Origin: Phoronis australis
Taxonomy: Eukaryota > Animalia > Phoronida
NCBI GenBank assembly: GCA_002633005.1
Contig: NMRA01000037.1
Location: 1,231,634-1,295,633, forward strand
Reading direction: 5' to 3'
DNA length: 64,000 nucleotides
The notes under the pieces: generated by a model
Told to the model about the DNA's origin: nothing
The model's input: the letters and a program-made list of their open reading frames with translations, nothing else
Database searches by the model: none
Part shown: positions 27,301 through 37,524 of the stretch, in pieces
How positions within the stretch are numbered: the stretch's first letter is position 1
Layout: every line of letters begins with the position of its first letter
Translations under genes and position numbers: made by a program

Positions 27301-30300
27301 TTCTTACTTGTAATTTACGTGGTAGATGAAAGTAGTTACAGGTGATTTATTTGCACGCGGTGTCCTAATTTCTGGATTTCTTACCCGTATTGTTTGCTTT
27401 AAGCAGCATGACGTTTTTTCTATTTCTAAAATTGAAGAAATAAGTAATATAAAACGCCAGTCTTAGCGTTTCGACAGGCATTCTGTGTTTTTGTAAGGAA
27501 CAGGTATATTTTTAGGATTAAAAATGTTAAGCACTGGAACAACTCTTAGCATCAACGAGCTCTACACAAATTTGCACGCTGTTTGAGACATGCCTTCGAG
27601 CAAGTCTAATTGTTTGAAGTCATTTCTCGGGAGTTTTAGGGAAATGAAATCTAGGCGCGCTTCCTGAGGTTCTGGAATTCTCGATAGTATGTAATAGTTT
27701 ATTGCTTATACTTGTTTGAGTAGCAGGATAGGCTGATTAGCATACAATAAAGACAGACTTGCCGTCATTCTACACCAGGTTTATTTTGTTGCAGGATCGA
27801 GCGAAACTAATAGCTTTTAACTATGGTGACGTCATTATGAATGTTGGAGACAAATGCAACGGAATCTATATCATTGTGTCTGGACTTGTTCGGGTATTTG
27901 AGCTGTTTGTACTTATTCCTAAACCATGTGGTACAAGAAATTGAGAGGTCTTTGAGGAAACCAACAGATTATGAACACTAGCATTCACATTTTATGTTCA
28001 AGAAGGCTAACTTTATGAATTATTGAATCATAGCACAGTAAACGGCAGATATTTACTGAATGTAAAGTACAAAATGCTTTTTTAAAACTACTATTACTAT
28101 TGACAAAATGACCAACTAAAATGCATAGGTTAGGCTGATGCCTTTGATTTCCCGGCACGCTTGTATATTGTGCATTGTTGAATGGAAAAACTTATTCTGT
28201 CACAGTGAAAAAGCGTGGGTAAGGCTAAAACGTTTGGAGAGCTTTTAAATTATTTTGCCAAAAGAAATTTTTTTATTAATTTTATTTTTTTATAGCGTGT
28301 CGGTAACCGCCCATTTGCCGCCAGCTTCAGTATCATTGTAGTTTCTGACGATTATTAAAAAGTTCAATAAGCACAATGTTTGGCAAATATACAGAAATTA
28401 GTGCCTTAGTACAAAGAAATCACTGTTGGTAACGAAGCTTGATGATAACATGATTGATTATACCGGTGTAGCTTGAAGGAGTAAGCGGCCACAGCCCTGT
28501 TCTAAAGGCTGACGTATCCCGAATGTCGATGGAAAGTGACCCGCAAGCGCACGCGTTCATGGACTTCTTAACCGCCGGAAAGGTCATAGGGGAAATGAGT
28601 ATTCTAACGAAAGAGCCAAGGAATGCCACGGTCACGTGTGAAACGGCAGTGCAGGTTTGTAGTTACGAACATACAGCGTTGCTGCCACACGTTCGTTTCT
28701 AGAAGAAACCTCGTGTTACTGGGAAGCAATGTGCGATGCTGTAGTATGATTCCAGGATGTTTCCGTAGAGCTGTTTCTTGTGATTTTGCCGCGAGATCAC
28801 GCAAAATTACCAGAATCAAATACGGGTGTTTCGTGACCTTATCTCAGATAAGCAAAAATGGTCGACACTGAAGTGTTTGGTCGACATAGCTGGAATGTTG
28901 AAAAATTGGGAGAATATTCACGATAACGTTTCAAATGTAAATATTTCTAATAGCAAGTGTTTCGCGAGTGGACGCAACCCGGGTCAGTTCATCAGTGGTT
29001 AAAGTGGCAAAGAACGTAAAAATTGCAATATTGAAAGTTGTTCTCTACCAGTGAAACAGAGGCCAGACTGTTCCCCAGGTATTTTTATTCTTTATTCCTA
29101 AAGATTTTGAATTTCTGTTGATTTCAAAACATTTTTCCTTTGGTTTCAAATTTCAAAGAACGATGTGTAATCTGCTCGCAACTTGAGTTTTTATTTTGTT
29201 TGTGTTTCAGAAATAGTTAATCTGATGATTTTTCTAGATATTCTTGCAATGTAAAATAACTCTAACATCAGCATCTCCAAGATGTAGATTTGCAACACAA
29301 TCTGTTTAAAAAGTATTTTTTACGAGTTTGCGTGCTCCATGCCTCTTTAGCAGTTTTGATTTCAGAAGGGTTACTGTCATTGCTTTTGCTCACTGAACAT
29401 GAAAACAGAAAACAAGGGAGAAACCATTGTATCAAATTTACGGATATCGAGATAAGTCATTTTCACAAAAGATGATTGTGAGATTGTGGTCATATCCCGA
29501 GCAGCGCCGCCAACAGACGGAAATATACGATCTGTACAGATCATTTCATTTTAAGAGATACGAGGTAGCATACATCCAAAATCATTTGCAAACTTAACGA
29601 GAAGACCATCGGCTGCCTGACAGATCTGGATTCTGAGTTAGGACATACCTCTTCCCAATTTGCGCCCTGGGATGCTATCGGCAAAAAGGCCAACGCATAG
29701 TTAACGAGAGACCGTGATTAACACTGAGACCTGCCTTAGGATAACCGGGGATTTGCCTAAAACAAGGTCTTCCCTTATTAAGCCTTGCCTAAACATTCTC
29801 CATGTGCTCGACAACTCGGTAGGAAAAAGTAACTTGCTTTTGGGTACAAGAGTGTTGCTCTTTTGTTTATTTAAAGATCACAATAGTTGACAGTCACAAG
29901 TAAAACATGTAACTTTTTGACGACGACCGGGATAACTGGATGGGTGTGTTTATTTAATACTGCTGGTGACTCGGGGAATTGGTGATCTGTTGACGGCAAC
30001 TGTTGACTTCCGGCGAGGATTTATGATGGCATATGGTAATAGCCGACGGTTGAGGCATAGTTTGTAGCGAAACATTTGTCAGTTTTCTTGCTTTTAGTTA
30101 AAAACAATGATTTCGGTAATAGGCACTTAAGGGCTCCTGCATTTTGAGAACAAGATCTCTCGACTGAATGACCTCAAACCGGTATTCTGAGCTCGAGACC
30201 TTGTAAGTGACTCAAATTGCCATAATCTCACCCCGTCTCTTATGGCTGGGTTCTCCCTTGTGAAAAACGTCAGTCGTCTTGTAAACGTGTATGGAGAATT

Positions 30301-33300
30301 GATTTCCATTTTGCAGTGTTATTACATTCATATCGACGACTGTCTTTTGGCGCTGCAAATGTTCCAAGATGAGCCGTCGTTGGAGAACAGGTTGTGGATG
30401 ACGGTTGCCAAACGTATATCTGCAACAGTGATGAATAACGACAAGAATTATGCTGTATGTAGTCATAAATGTTCCAGGGATTATTTCACATCTACTCTAA
30501 ATCAATTTTCAGCATCATTTTTAGCGTCTTTCCATCTTTCCAAATGTGGCAGTTTTCATTGCCCGTCCGGGTGTTGCCGTGTTTTCCCCAGTCGTGTGGC
30601 AAATATAAACAACTCACACACCATATCGTAGCACGTTCAGAAGACCAGTGACGCACGAAGGATGTTGGTGCCCTGCCACAGCTAAGAACCGCATTGTATT
30701 TTCACATCAAATGTGGACGACCAATTCCTCGCGGTGCATGAGGAATTTCACTACATGGCAAAATTACGAAAGCGACAATTCTCTGACATTGTGCAGGCCA
30801 AATGGTCGTCTTCTCGGGATACAAAAACAAGCAACAACAACAATGATAATAATAAAAATCATAATGATAATAATAGTGTTATTGATAACACACCATAATT
30901 TGATAATTTCGTGCACCAATTCTGCTCAATTGTAACTCACTGATTCTTTCAACTTGTTACTTTTACCAGGGTTGGAGCAAGGCCAAGATTAAGATGTATC
31001 TGCAGGACGCATTTGTTCCTTGTGTTAGCCAAGTGACGACTTTTTTATTTGACTACGCAGCGACAAAGGAAATTTTTCTTATCCAAGGTACAGTGGAACA
31101 CGCAGCCTACTCAATAGTTTTTCTGTTATTGAGGCTTGTAAACACATATCCAACAAGTTCCAGTTCTCTTAACGCAGAGTGTATAAAAGTTTAAAAGGAT
31201 ACTAAAAGTGGTTTTGGCCTGTTAACAGATACTAAAAAAGACTGTCCCATCTAGTTCTCTGAAACAAAATAATGCTCTTTTGCCCTCGACCACCCTCAAA
31301 GGTTAGAGGAAAATTTGAAAACTCCTTTCAAACTCTGCTAATCGGTCAAGCGTGACCTACGCTTTTAGTGAATTACACGGCAACTGTGGGAAAAGACCAC
31401 CCACCCAAAGGTATTACGCACTTTCTTTAATTTAGCAAATGACTTACGTGGTCTTTACTCGAAATGAAAACTCAAACTTCCCGGCTACCCAGCAGTCTCT
31501 AATTTTTAATAAAATTGTTGCAGGTAAAATTAACCATAGTTAACAAATATTTGATGTCAAATCGGAAGTTTTTTGCTTGTTTGGCCACAGAATATTGATG
31601 CGCATCTTCGTTTCCACCTCGTCACCAATTCATATTTAAATAGTAGTCGGATACCGGCGACGGACGTGGCGGTAATGAAACTACATTTACGTGACGGGTG
31701 AACATGAGTTACCCAGCGGTGGCAAAGTACCACGTGGCCAAATCTTCCCTTTCGTTTTACAGGCGTCACACAGTCATAGTTTTTTTCACTTTCGTGAAGA
31801 CATAAATATGATATGCTAATCAGTATCATGTGTGTGAATAACACACAGCACATGAATAGGAAAATAAGTGTTGAATTTGCCGCTGTTTGCAAATTATCAA
31901 CTATTTGTTTCTATTTCAGGTTTTGCTACAGAGTATCCACAAAAAAATGATATTGCTGGACCTATTATGGTTTCACGTGCCTGCACAAAATTGGTGTTGA
32001 ATGTGAGTAAAGTGTTACCTGTTTGGACCAATGTGTGAAAACGACTCATTCTTTTCCGTGATTCTTACTTATAAGTTGATCGTATAACTGATTCTGTTCT
32101 ACTGCCGTGTCTAATCACTGTGTTTCAGCACGACCTAAAGCCTAAAGTCGTTTTGTTAGTAGTACCTAACGAAGGTATTGGTCCTGCAATAACTCAGACA
32201 CAACTCGGTAAGGTGCTTGATTCCAAGGGCAGCTTAACGAGCCTCGGAAAGACGTGGTCGAAACACAGGAAAACATCAGAGGTCAGTATCTGTCTCAGAG
32301 TCTTTTGGTGGCCCGAAATTATATCGAACGTCATTTCCCGAAACATAGCTTACAGGTATAAGCGGACAGTACAAGCGTGCTTGTTGAAGCTGGTGTGTTC
32401 CCGCAATCTGTTGAAATATTTTTCACGGAATTCTGGTTTGCTGCATCTTTAACTGCCTGACTGTGGTTTTGCATTCTTATCAGGGTTTTAACACTCATTT
32501 TACGTGGTGACAAGTGTATGATCACCTTTCCAAACCCCGAATTAAATAAATATGCCTTCGTTTGCTATACAAATAGCCGGTTTCTTTGTGAATTCAAAAG
32601 TGCCTCCTTTTTACTTGGGATCTCCAAACTCTTAAAAATACACAGTGTAACTGAACTGACATTCGTATTTTGAATATTCCTCCATCCGAAGGTACTTTTT
32701 TCGAATGAGAATCAGCTAACAAATAGATCACGTGACTGCTTGGTTGCACAGAAGGTGTCCACCAATTGCGTAGTCAGGGTGGAAAAGCAGGCTGGTTCAC
32801 AAACACTCTAGCGAAGTTCGCAAATCCAACTTGAGCTGCCAAACTACATAGGCAATATAGTCACGATCTGTGGCTGGACCTCCAAGTCCAATGGGTTTAA
32901 CTGTCAAGCCATGCCTTCAATGGTGTTCATGGAGAGAAACCTTTAGATTTTCAACTTCCCGGCTAAGACTTCTGATTGGTTCTTGACCACGACTTCCAGC
33001 TTTTAAACCAGCCAGATGTCTGCGTCGGTGGAACCAGCGAAGTGCAACCATTATTTCAAATTGCTTCTCGCATCATGGATAATTAAGGCTTATATGAAGA
33101 TTATAAGAGTATTTGCACACTCTGAAATTCATACTTTAGGTGTTATGTTTGTTATGTTTCGACAACCTTCGGGGCGTACGTAGATTTTCCAGTGCCAAGC
33201 AGCACCAATGTTTTCGATTTTGATTTGATTTATAATCACTTTTAAGTACAGAGGTTTGCGTTTTAAGGATTTTTGTTAAATTTATGTTTGCAACATTTAT

Positions 33301-36300
33301 ATGACATCTCTTGCGCTGTAGTAGAATTTTATTAACTATGATTACACGTTTTAAATGTCATCTAATGTACAGTAAGGATAAGTGGTGTTGGAACTAAATC
33401 TTCAACATTTCCGACTAAATCGCTGCATCGATGTAGTGCAGTGGTGAGTTAAGTTAGCTTAAAAGGCACTAAACCCGCCTCGTGTCATAGAGTTGAACAT
33501 TTGATTTAGAACAGTTGCCGTCATGGAATTGGTCTAAAATTTTCCTTGGTCAAACTTGAGGTGACTTTAGGACTTAGAATGGACTGGTAGTTTGTTATTG
33601 CTCGCGATACGGCCCCTGCAAGGTTTCTCAAAGCGTGTCATTTCACGCGCACACCACGGTATCAACGGGTAATGAATTGTCAGCTCTTTGCAATCCAGAA
33701 ATCATTTACCATCTGAGTATGGAACACGATGAAACACATTTTAACAGCAGTAACCGGTTTAAGCCAGAGGAACAATTACCCACCTTGATAAGGTGGAGTA
33801 AGTTGTCACAAGTGGAGCGAGTTGCAGTAGTTTAAGTAGCGTCCAAACAGCCCCCAAACTCAGCGACAACTCGTTTGAGGAGTAACTTGTTCTTGGGTAT
33901 GTCTGTGTGTGGACGGCACTAAAAGCTCGCTTCGTGGATGGAAGGCGGGTTTATTGCCGCTTTGATGAGTGATGAGGATTAGGCTTGTAAGTCTGTGCTC
34001 CTCAAGAGCACTAACCGCCAATGTAAAACTTCGTTATTTAGCAACGATTAATTTGTTATAGATGAAGAGACAACGAACGTCATTTTAAAGGAAGTATCGT
34101 CGTTCAGGTTAGCAAGTATAGCTAAGATTGAAAGTGCACCGCAGGTGACATTTGAAGCTAGTTACTGAAACTTGAAGGCAAGCTCAATACCAACTGCTTG
34201 TCGAGGCAAGAAGAGTTGAAATGTGCTTATTTATGCTGTATAGAGTGTTTTGTGGAAAAGCAAATAAATAGGTATTTCTGGAAAGGAATTTTGTGTTGAT
34301 GTCGTTTTTGCCTGCCACAAAAACCTCTAATTAGGTCGTTAATTTGGTCTAAGGTCATTAAGCGCATATCGCATGATTTTGTAAACCCCATTATTGTCTG
34401 GTAACATACAAGGGTGAAAACTATTTTGATTTGTCATTCATACCGAAACACCTATAGCATGTGTGCCAAATTGTCAAAATTAATAGATGTCATCAACACT
34501 GACTTTTTGGCCGTATTGTAGATGATTTCACATTTCAGCTGTTTCTACTAAATGTATTATTGATCATAGCTTTTGTGTCTCTAGAGTGGGTTATGAGAGT
34601 ATGAACATGGTGTTTGGTTCCATAATATTTGACAATTAGGTCATTGATGAATGAGTGAAGGACAGCAATTTTATCACTATGCTCTGTACGAACACACCTT
34701 CTCAGTCAAAGTCTATAGTATTAAGGCTAAGGTGAAAAAATGCTCAGGAAGTGGTAGAAGAATGAAACTTGACACACTGTTTCTATAGACTACGACCATC
34801 ATTTACTGTTACATCCTTATCAACAGTTATCAGACATTTTACCATAGCAACCAATCTATATCAGTCCCATACAGAAAGCATGGTAGAACACTTTATTCAG
34901 TCACGAGGAGTTCTTAGTCTGGTAAATACATGTAAACTGCAATGGTGATTTTAGGTCATTTCTGTCGAAAAATTGTCACTTGGCAGAAGTTACTAGGCAA
35001 CCTGTTATCAATAGCAACCGTTGCTGATGAAGTGGCCCGTTTCTACACCCTTGATAAAATGTTCAAAAATGCTTAATGCAGTCATGTTGTCTGGAAATCC
35101 AACAAGTCCAAGCACTTTTCCGTAAGCAACTGTAAACTAGAGTGTGACATCGTGAATGGAGTTTGTAGTGACACGAAATACGGGTTAGCGGAGTAGTAAC
35201 TGTAGCAAAAAGCAGCGATAGAGTGGGATTATCAAAGCACTATAAGCAGTCAGTGGTGACTGTAAGCAGTAGTGGACGGAAGGGTCAGCAGCAGTAGCAG
35301 TTGGTGTCAGCAGATTGTCTTTAGGAGCAGAAATGATATCACGTTTATTATTTCATTTATTGGCTTCGTCATCATCGTTATTATCGTCAACGTTCTCGCC
35401 ATCGTTATCACCATCGTCATTACCACCATCGTCATGGTCACCATCCTAATCGTCATGGTCGTCGTCATTATTATCATTGTCGTCATCGCCGTTGTCTTTA
35501 TCAATCAGCACTATCGTCATCATCATCATCCTGATCACCATCATTCTCCTCGCCATCACTAATTGTAATCATTGTTGTCACCGTCATCATTTGTAACTAC
35601 ATCTGTGGCAGATGCATTTAGGGCAAAAGTGTCCGCCTGTAGTGACAGTATACGTACATGCAATGTCTGTAGTCTCCCACTCTTCAGCGCTATGTTGTCT
35701 TTAATGCCTACAAACCAATTACATTAGTACGCTACTCAGTCGTTAGGAGATTAACTATCTTGCAAACATTCTCTTGCTGTAACCTAAGCTTCTCATGAAG
35801 GTAGGCTGAGTACTGCACTGTAGTAGTACGTACAATAGTGCCTGTAAAACCAAAACCATTGGTTGTAACAAGTAATCGTGGTAGTCGAAAGAGTTGTCGT
35901 TTTCTGTTTCCTGTGGAGATCTCGTTTTAGTCCACGTTTTATCACGTACTTTGACGATATTCTGCGGTGATTTGTCTTAACTAATCTTTGTTTCAGCTGT
36001 ACTGTAGAATTACTAAGTTATGAATTACTGTTAGTGGCTGTCATACTGTGTTACAGACAGTTAAATTCATCCGACGCGGAAGTGCTATAGAAAAAACCGA
36101 GTCCAAGGTGCATGGAAAGCTAAAGGTAAAAGAGAAAATGTGTCTTTGTTTTGAACACAGTGTCATGGTTATATTATCGATATTATTTATTTTATTCTTA
36201 TATTTCCTATTATTGCGAAGACCGGAACCACCTTTACATTGACAAGTATCGTTCTGAGCTCGCCGTGATTTAAAATGTTAGCATAAAATGTGTTTGGAAT

Positions 36301-37365
36301 CAAGATAAATCGTTGTTGCTTGTTCATCAGGTCAAATGTTTCACGGTATTCCTGAGATTTTAAGTTAGGATTTTGTGTTTCTGGATTGACTTGCTCCTCC
36401 TTTTCATTTCATTTACCCCTTTTCAAGCACATTGTGTTAAACCACGCCCAATTTTTCTAGGTCACGTATAATCGAACTGTTGAATGCCAGGGACCTGTTT
36501 TATCAAAGGTCTTCTGATCTTGACTATGATGTGAATGTACGAGAAATTCATGAGCGTGGCCCGTTAAAAACCACCCGTTCCAAACGCCGTAACACCATTC
36601 AAGAGTCTATTAAATGCAAGCCGTTACATACTTGCAGCTCCCTGTATTATATTACTACATTACATTATATACCGTAACACTCTTCAAAGAGTCCTACATG
36701 TACATGCGTGTTACATTGCGCTCCCGGATCAAGACGATGTTTACTCTTGTTGCCAATATTTTCGCTTATACTCAGCTTCGAGACTAGCGGCAATCTGTAT
36801 TTCGCGCCGAATTTACAAAATGGCAGCCTCAGATGAAGGTACAGCTATCCCAGAACTCTAAGGTCTCGCAACTTCACTCTTGTTCTCGTTGCTCAAAGAA
36901 AAGGCCGTCTCATTGTGGGCACTGTTACACGCATGTAGGACTCGTTGAAGAATGTTGCAGTGTATAATGTATTATAGTAATATATTACATTGAGCTGCAA
37001 GCACGTAACGGCTTGCATTTAATAGACTCTTGAATGAAGTTACGGCGTTTGGAACGGGTTAAAACTGAACATGAACATTTGTCAACTTGTCATCGGTCGC
37101 ATCGCTTTAGCGACCGTTCTCAATAACTTAGCTGCGACTGGCCGTGCGAACGACCTCTGGCAAAACGTGCGCCAGAAGTTTGCGCGCCTTTCCTTCCTAT
37201 GCTCTTGGCTTAAGATTGGAATACAATGGTAGTTAGCATGACAAGAATGCTAAGATTTTTCTACAGAACTTCATCTACAGAATGTATCATTCGTTTTCGA
37301 TCGCACACTTTATCCGTATTTTCCGTTTTCCTTCTTTGTAGGCAACAAAGGCTGATGTCAACTGA
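1291..37365 (+). CDS. SLC9C1: Sperm-type voltage- and cAMP-gated Na+/H+ exchanger SLC9C1 (sNHE/NHE10)-like, multi-exon, ~1250 aa
   Basis: Hand-spliced GT-AG exons that keep frame: 1291-1582, 2201-2455, 4953-5090, 6851-6976, 7422-7583, 9589-9697, 10008-10151, 11679-11850, 12098-12179, 13160-13262, 14245-14323, 14560-14700, 22823-22920, 23798-23858, 24403-24660, 25384-25581, 25907-26108, 26666-26814, 27160-27285, 27795-27893, 28472-28654, 30317-30454, 30970-31087, 31920-32002, 32129-32281 (3669 nt), plus tentative 36057-36125 and 37342-37365. Motifs: CPA1/NHE FLPVLIFESAF, SATDPVAVVA, IEGESLLNDG, WAGLRGAVG; cytoplasmic SYWKQFEHGML, GYDVGKGY, LQREHPGIAVAVKTRQAIR; S4 LARIFRLLRISRLLK; CNBD GEMSILTKEPRNAT. 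The 3' end is less certain than the core. Confidence 0.93.
2682..4415. mobile_element. Decayed PIF/Harbinger transposon with Myb/SANT gene relic
   Basis: Inverted subterminal blocks rich in aaacctggtt / ataaaggtggtttaac at both ends. Minus strand ~3975-4120 reads KRAKSFTHEEK..LI*EKANVIVENKKIGAKSRQRKQQAW*, resembling the Myb/SANT-like protein of Harbinger elements. Confidence 0.65.
2830..3230. mobile_element. Harbinger-type MITE nested in the Harbinger relic
   Basis: ~50-bp imperfect TIRs (ggcccggtctctaatctttgtactcgaaa / tttcgagtaaaaagattggacaccggtcc) with 3-bp CTG TSD at 2827-2829 and 3231-3233; removing it restores tctagacctggtctaag. Confidence 0.8.
7068..7179. other. Assembly gap (N run)
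   Basis: Run of n in SLC9C1 intron 4. Confidence 0.99.
7180..7273 (+). repeat. (GGGA)n microsatellite
   Basis: Purine tract gagggagggaggga abutting the gap. Confidence 0.9.
7713..8254. mobile_element. Non-autonomous Kolobok-like DNA transposon
   Basis: TTAA on both sides (7709-7712, 8255-8258); imperfect TIRs agaggcctggaatgcgata / ttcgcgttccattcctct with AG...CT termini. Confidence 0.65.
8604..8677. mobile_element. Very short MITE (family B)
   Basis: 13-bp perfect TIR catgggcggtgca / tgcaccgcccatg with internal ggctatagccc; related copies at 50783-50935. Confidence 0.65.
10398..10615 (+). mobile_element. MITE family A copy
   Basis: catgcgcgc...ggcaaaaaggtccgcctcagagaaac...aaaattcgagc...taggctgggtgcgca. 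Confidence 0.75.
11184..11521. mobile_element. Palindromic MITE
   Basis: TIR tcgttggccaaatgg / ccatttggccaacga with internal inverted gcgtaaagtaa / ttactttacgc repeats. Confidence 0.75.
12400..12845 (-). mobile_element. 5'-truncated HERO-like (RLE-clade) non-LTR retrotransposon relic
   Basis: A single minus frame (12839-12543) reads TIAELTVL*EKAYEETNERKANKYIKLESSCRERG*RTWLFPVKMGCKSFPAGST*PLLQTLG...EASCWL, matching the restriction-like endonuclease C-terminus (ELTVPWE..ERK..KY..GW..FPVEVGCRGF..ASCWLW). The stops sit at Trp positions. Confidence 0.75.
13435..14060 (-). mobile_element. CR1/L2-type LINE 3' fragment
   Basis: ORF 13633-14058(-) IHAKLNFG..SPNCKCG..HIFFKCP..LR..LLNG..N..V..FFIST is typical of the ORF2 C-terminal CxC..HxxxxC region, followed by a 3' UTR with AATAAA. 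Confidence 0.7.
15283..15900 (+). CDS. Putative alternative SLC9C1 exon A (206 codons, Glu/Lys/Arg/Ser/Thr-rich, predicted disordered)
   Basis: Acceptor ttcactgttttag|AGT with CTCAC branch-like motif upstream. The in-frame TAG coincides with the acceptor AG, so the open frame starts exactly at the splice site. Stop-free 618 nt to donor CGT|gtacgt; phase 0-0. Confidence 0.6.
16095..16400 (+). mobile_element. Penelope-like element relic (GIY-YIG endonuclease)
   Basis: Frameshifted IFYKIPCH / DTSYVGETKRNLSYCLQGH / FDWSNAAILDRE..RIITRES..I..MN. Confidence 0.7.
16913..17863 (+). CDS. Putative alternative SLC9C1 exon B (317 codons, low complexity, ends with a homologue of the exon-12 helix)
   Basis: Acceptor ggtttacag|AAC and consensus donor AAG|gtgagt; 951 nt open, phase 0-0. 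Ends IQEESRKRYLNACK versus canonical exon 12 MENEAHLRYIKAQK, and splices in frame onto VSYWKQFEHGML (22823). Confidence 0.68.
21080..21650 (+). repeat. Degenerate (GCA/GTA)n trinucleotide tract
   Basis: agcagtagcagcagca...; explains the spurious poly-A/V/L/T ORFs on both strands. Confidence 0.9.
23040..23222 (-). mobile_element. tRNA-derived SINE
   Basis: Minus strand ggcagtgtggcctagtg (A box) ... ggttcgagtcccactggg (B box), followed by a non-tRNA body; no full cloverleaf. Confidence 0.65.
33750..33922 (-). mobile_element. Partial copy of the MITE at 54521-54940
   Basis: Reverse complement matches 54521-54670 (gtccacacacag...ctagaacaagttac...ggacgcta..taaactag..cttgtgacaactt). Confidence 0.6.
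35230..35600 (+). repeat. Degenerate (GTC/ATC/CAT)n trinucleotide tract
   Basis: catcgtcatcatcgttatcacc...; gives spurious I/V/H-rich ORFs. Confidence 0.85.
36573..37059. mobile_element. Fold-back MITE with ~150-bp inverted repeats
   Basis: acccgttccaaacgccgtaac..cattcaagagtctattaaatgcaagccgttac at the left end, with its reverse complement at the right end. Confidence 0.85.
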
Positions 37366-37518
37366 GGCGGCCATCAGACGTGCTTGAAGACAGCCGTCAA
37401 AACAAAGCGCGACAAAACATTTCGAAACTTTTATGAAACTATGTTTTTATGTTACATTTTATTGCAAAGACTAAAGATTCTGTTGTGTTCCGTTATGACT
37501 TTATTGAATTTTATTTTC

Positions 37519-37524
37519 AATAAA
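37519..37524 (+). promoter_or_regulatory. Putative polyadenylation signal of SLC9C1
   Basis: AATAAA ~155 nt after the TGA of the tentative terminal exon 37342-37365. Confidence 0.35.

Noticed and set aside
28955-29000. Minus-strand CTGATGA...CGAAAC hammerhead-ribozyme-like core
   Set aside because: Stem II does not pair and no stems I/III could be found; at best a decayed Penelope-type terminal motif.
35272-35562. Hydrophobic I/V-rich ORF resembling a membrane protein
   Set aside because: Product of the (ATC/GTC)n repeat.
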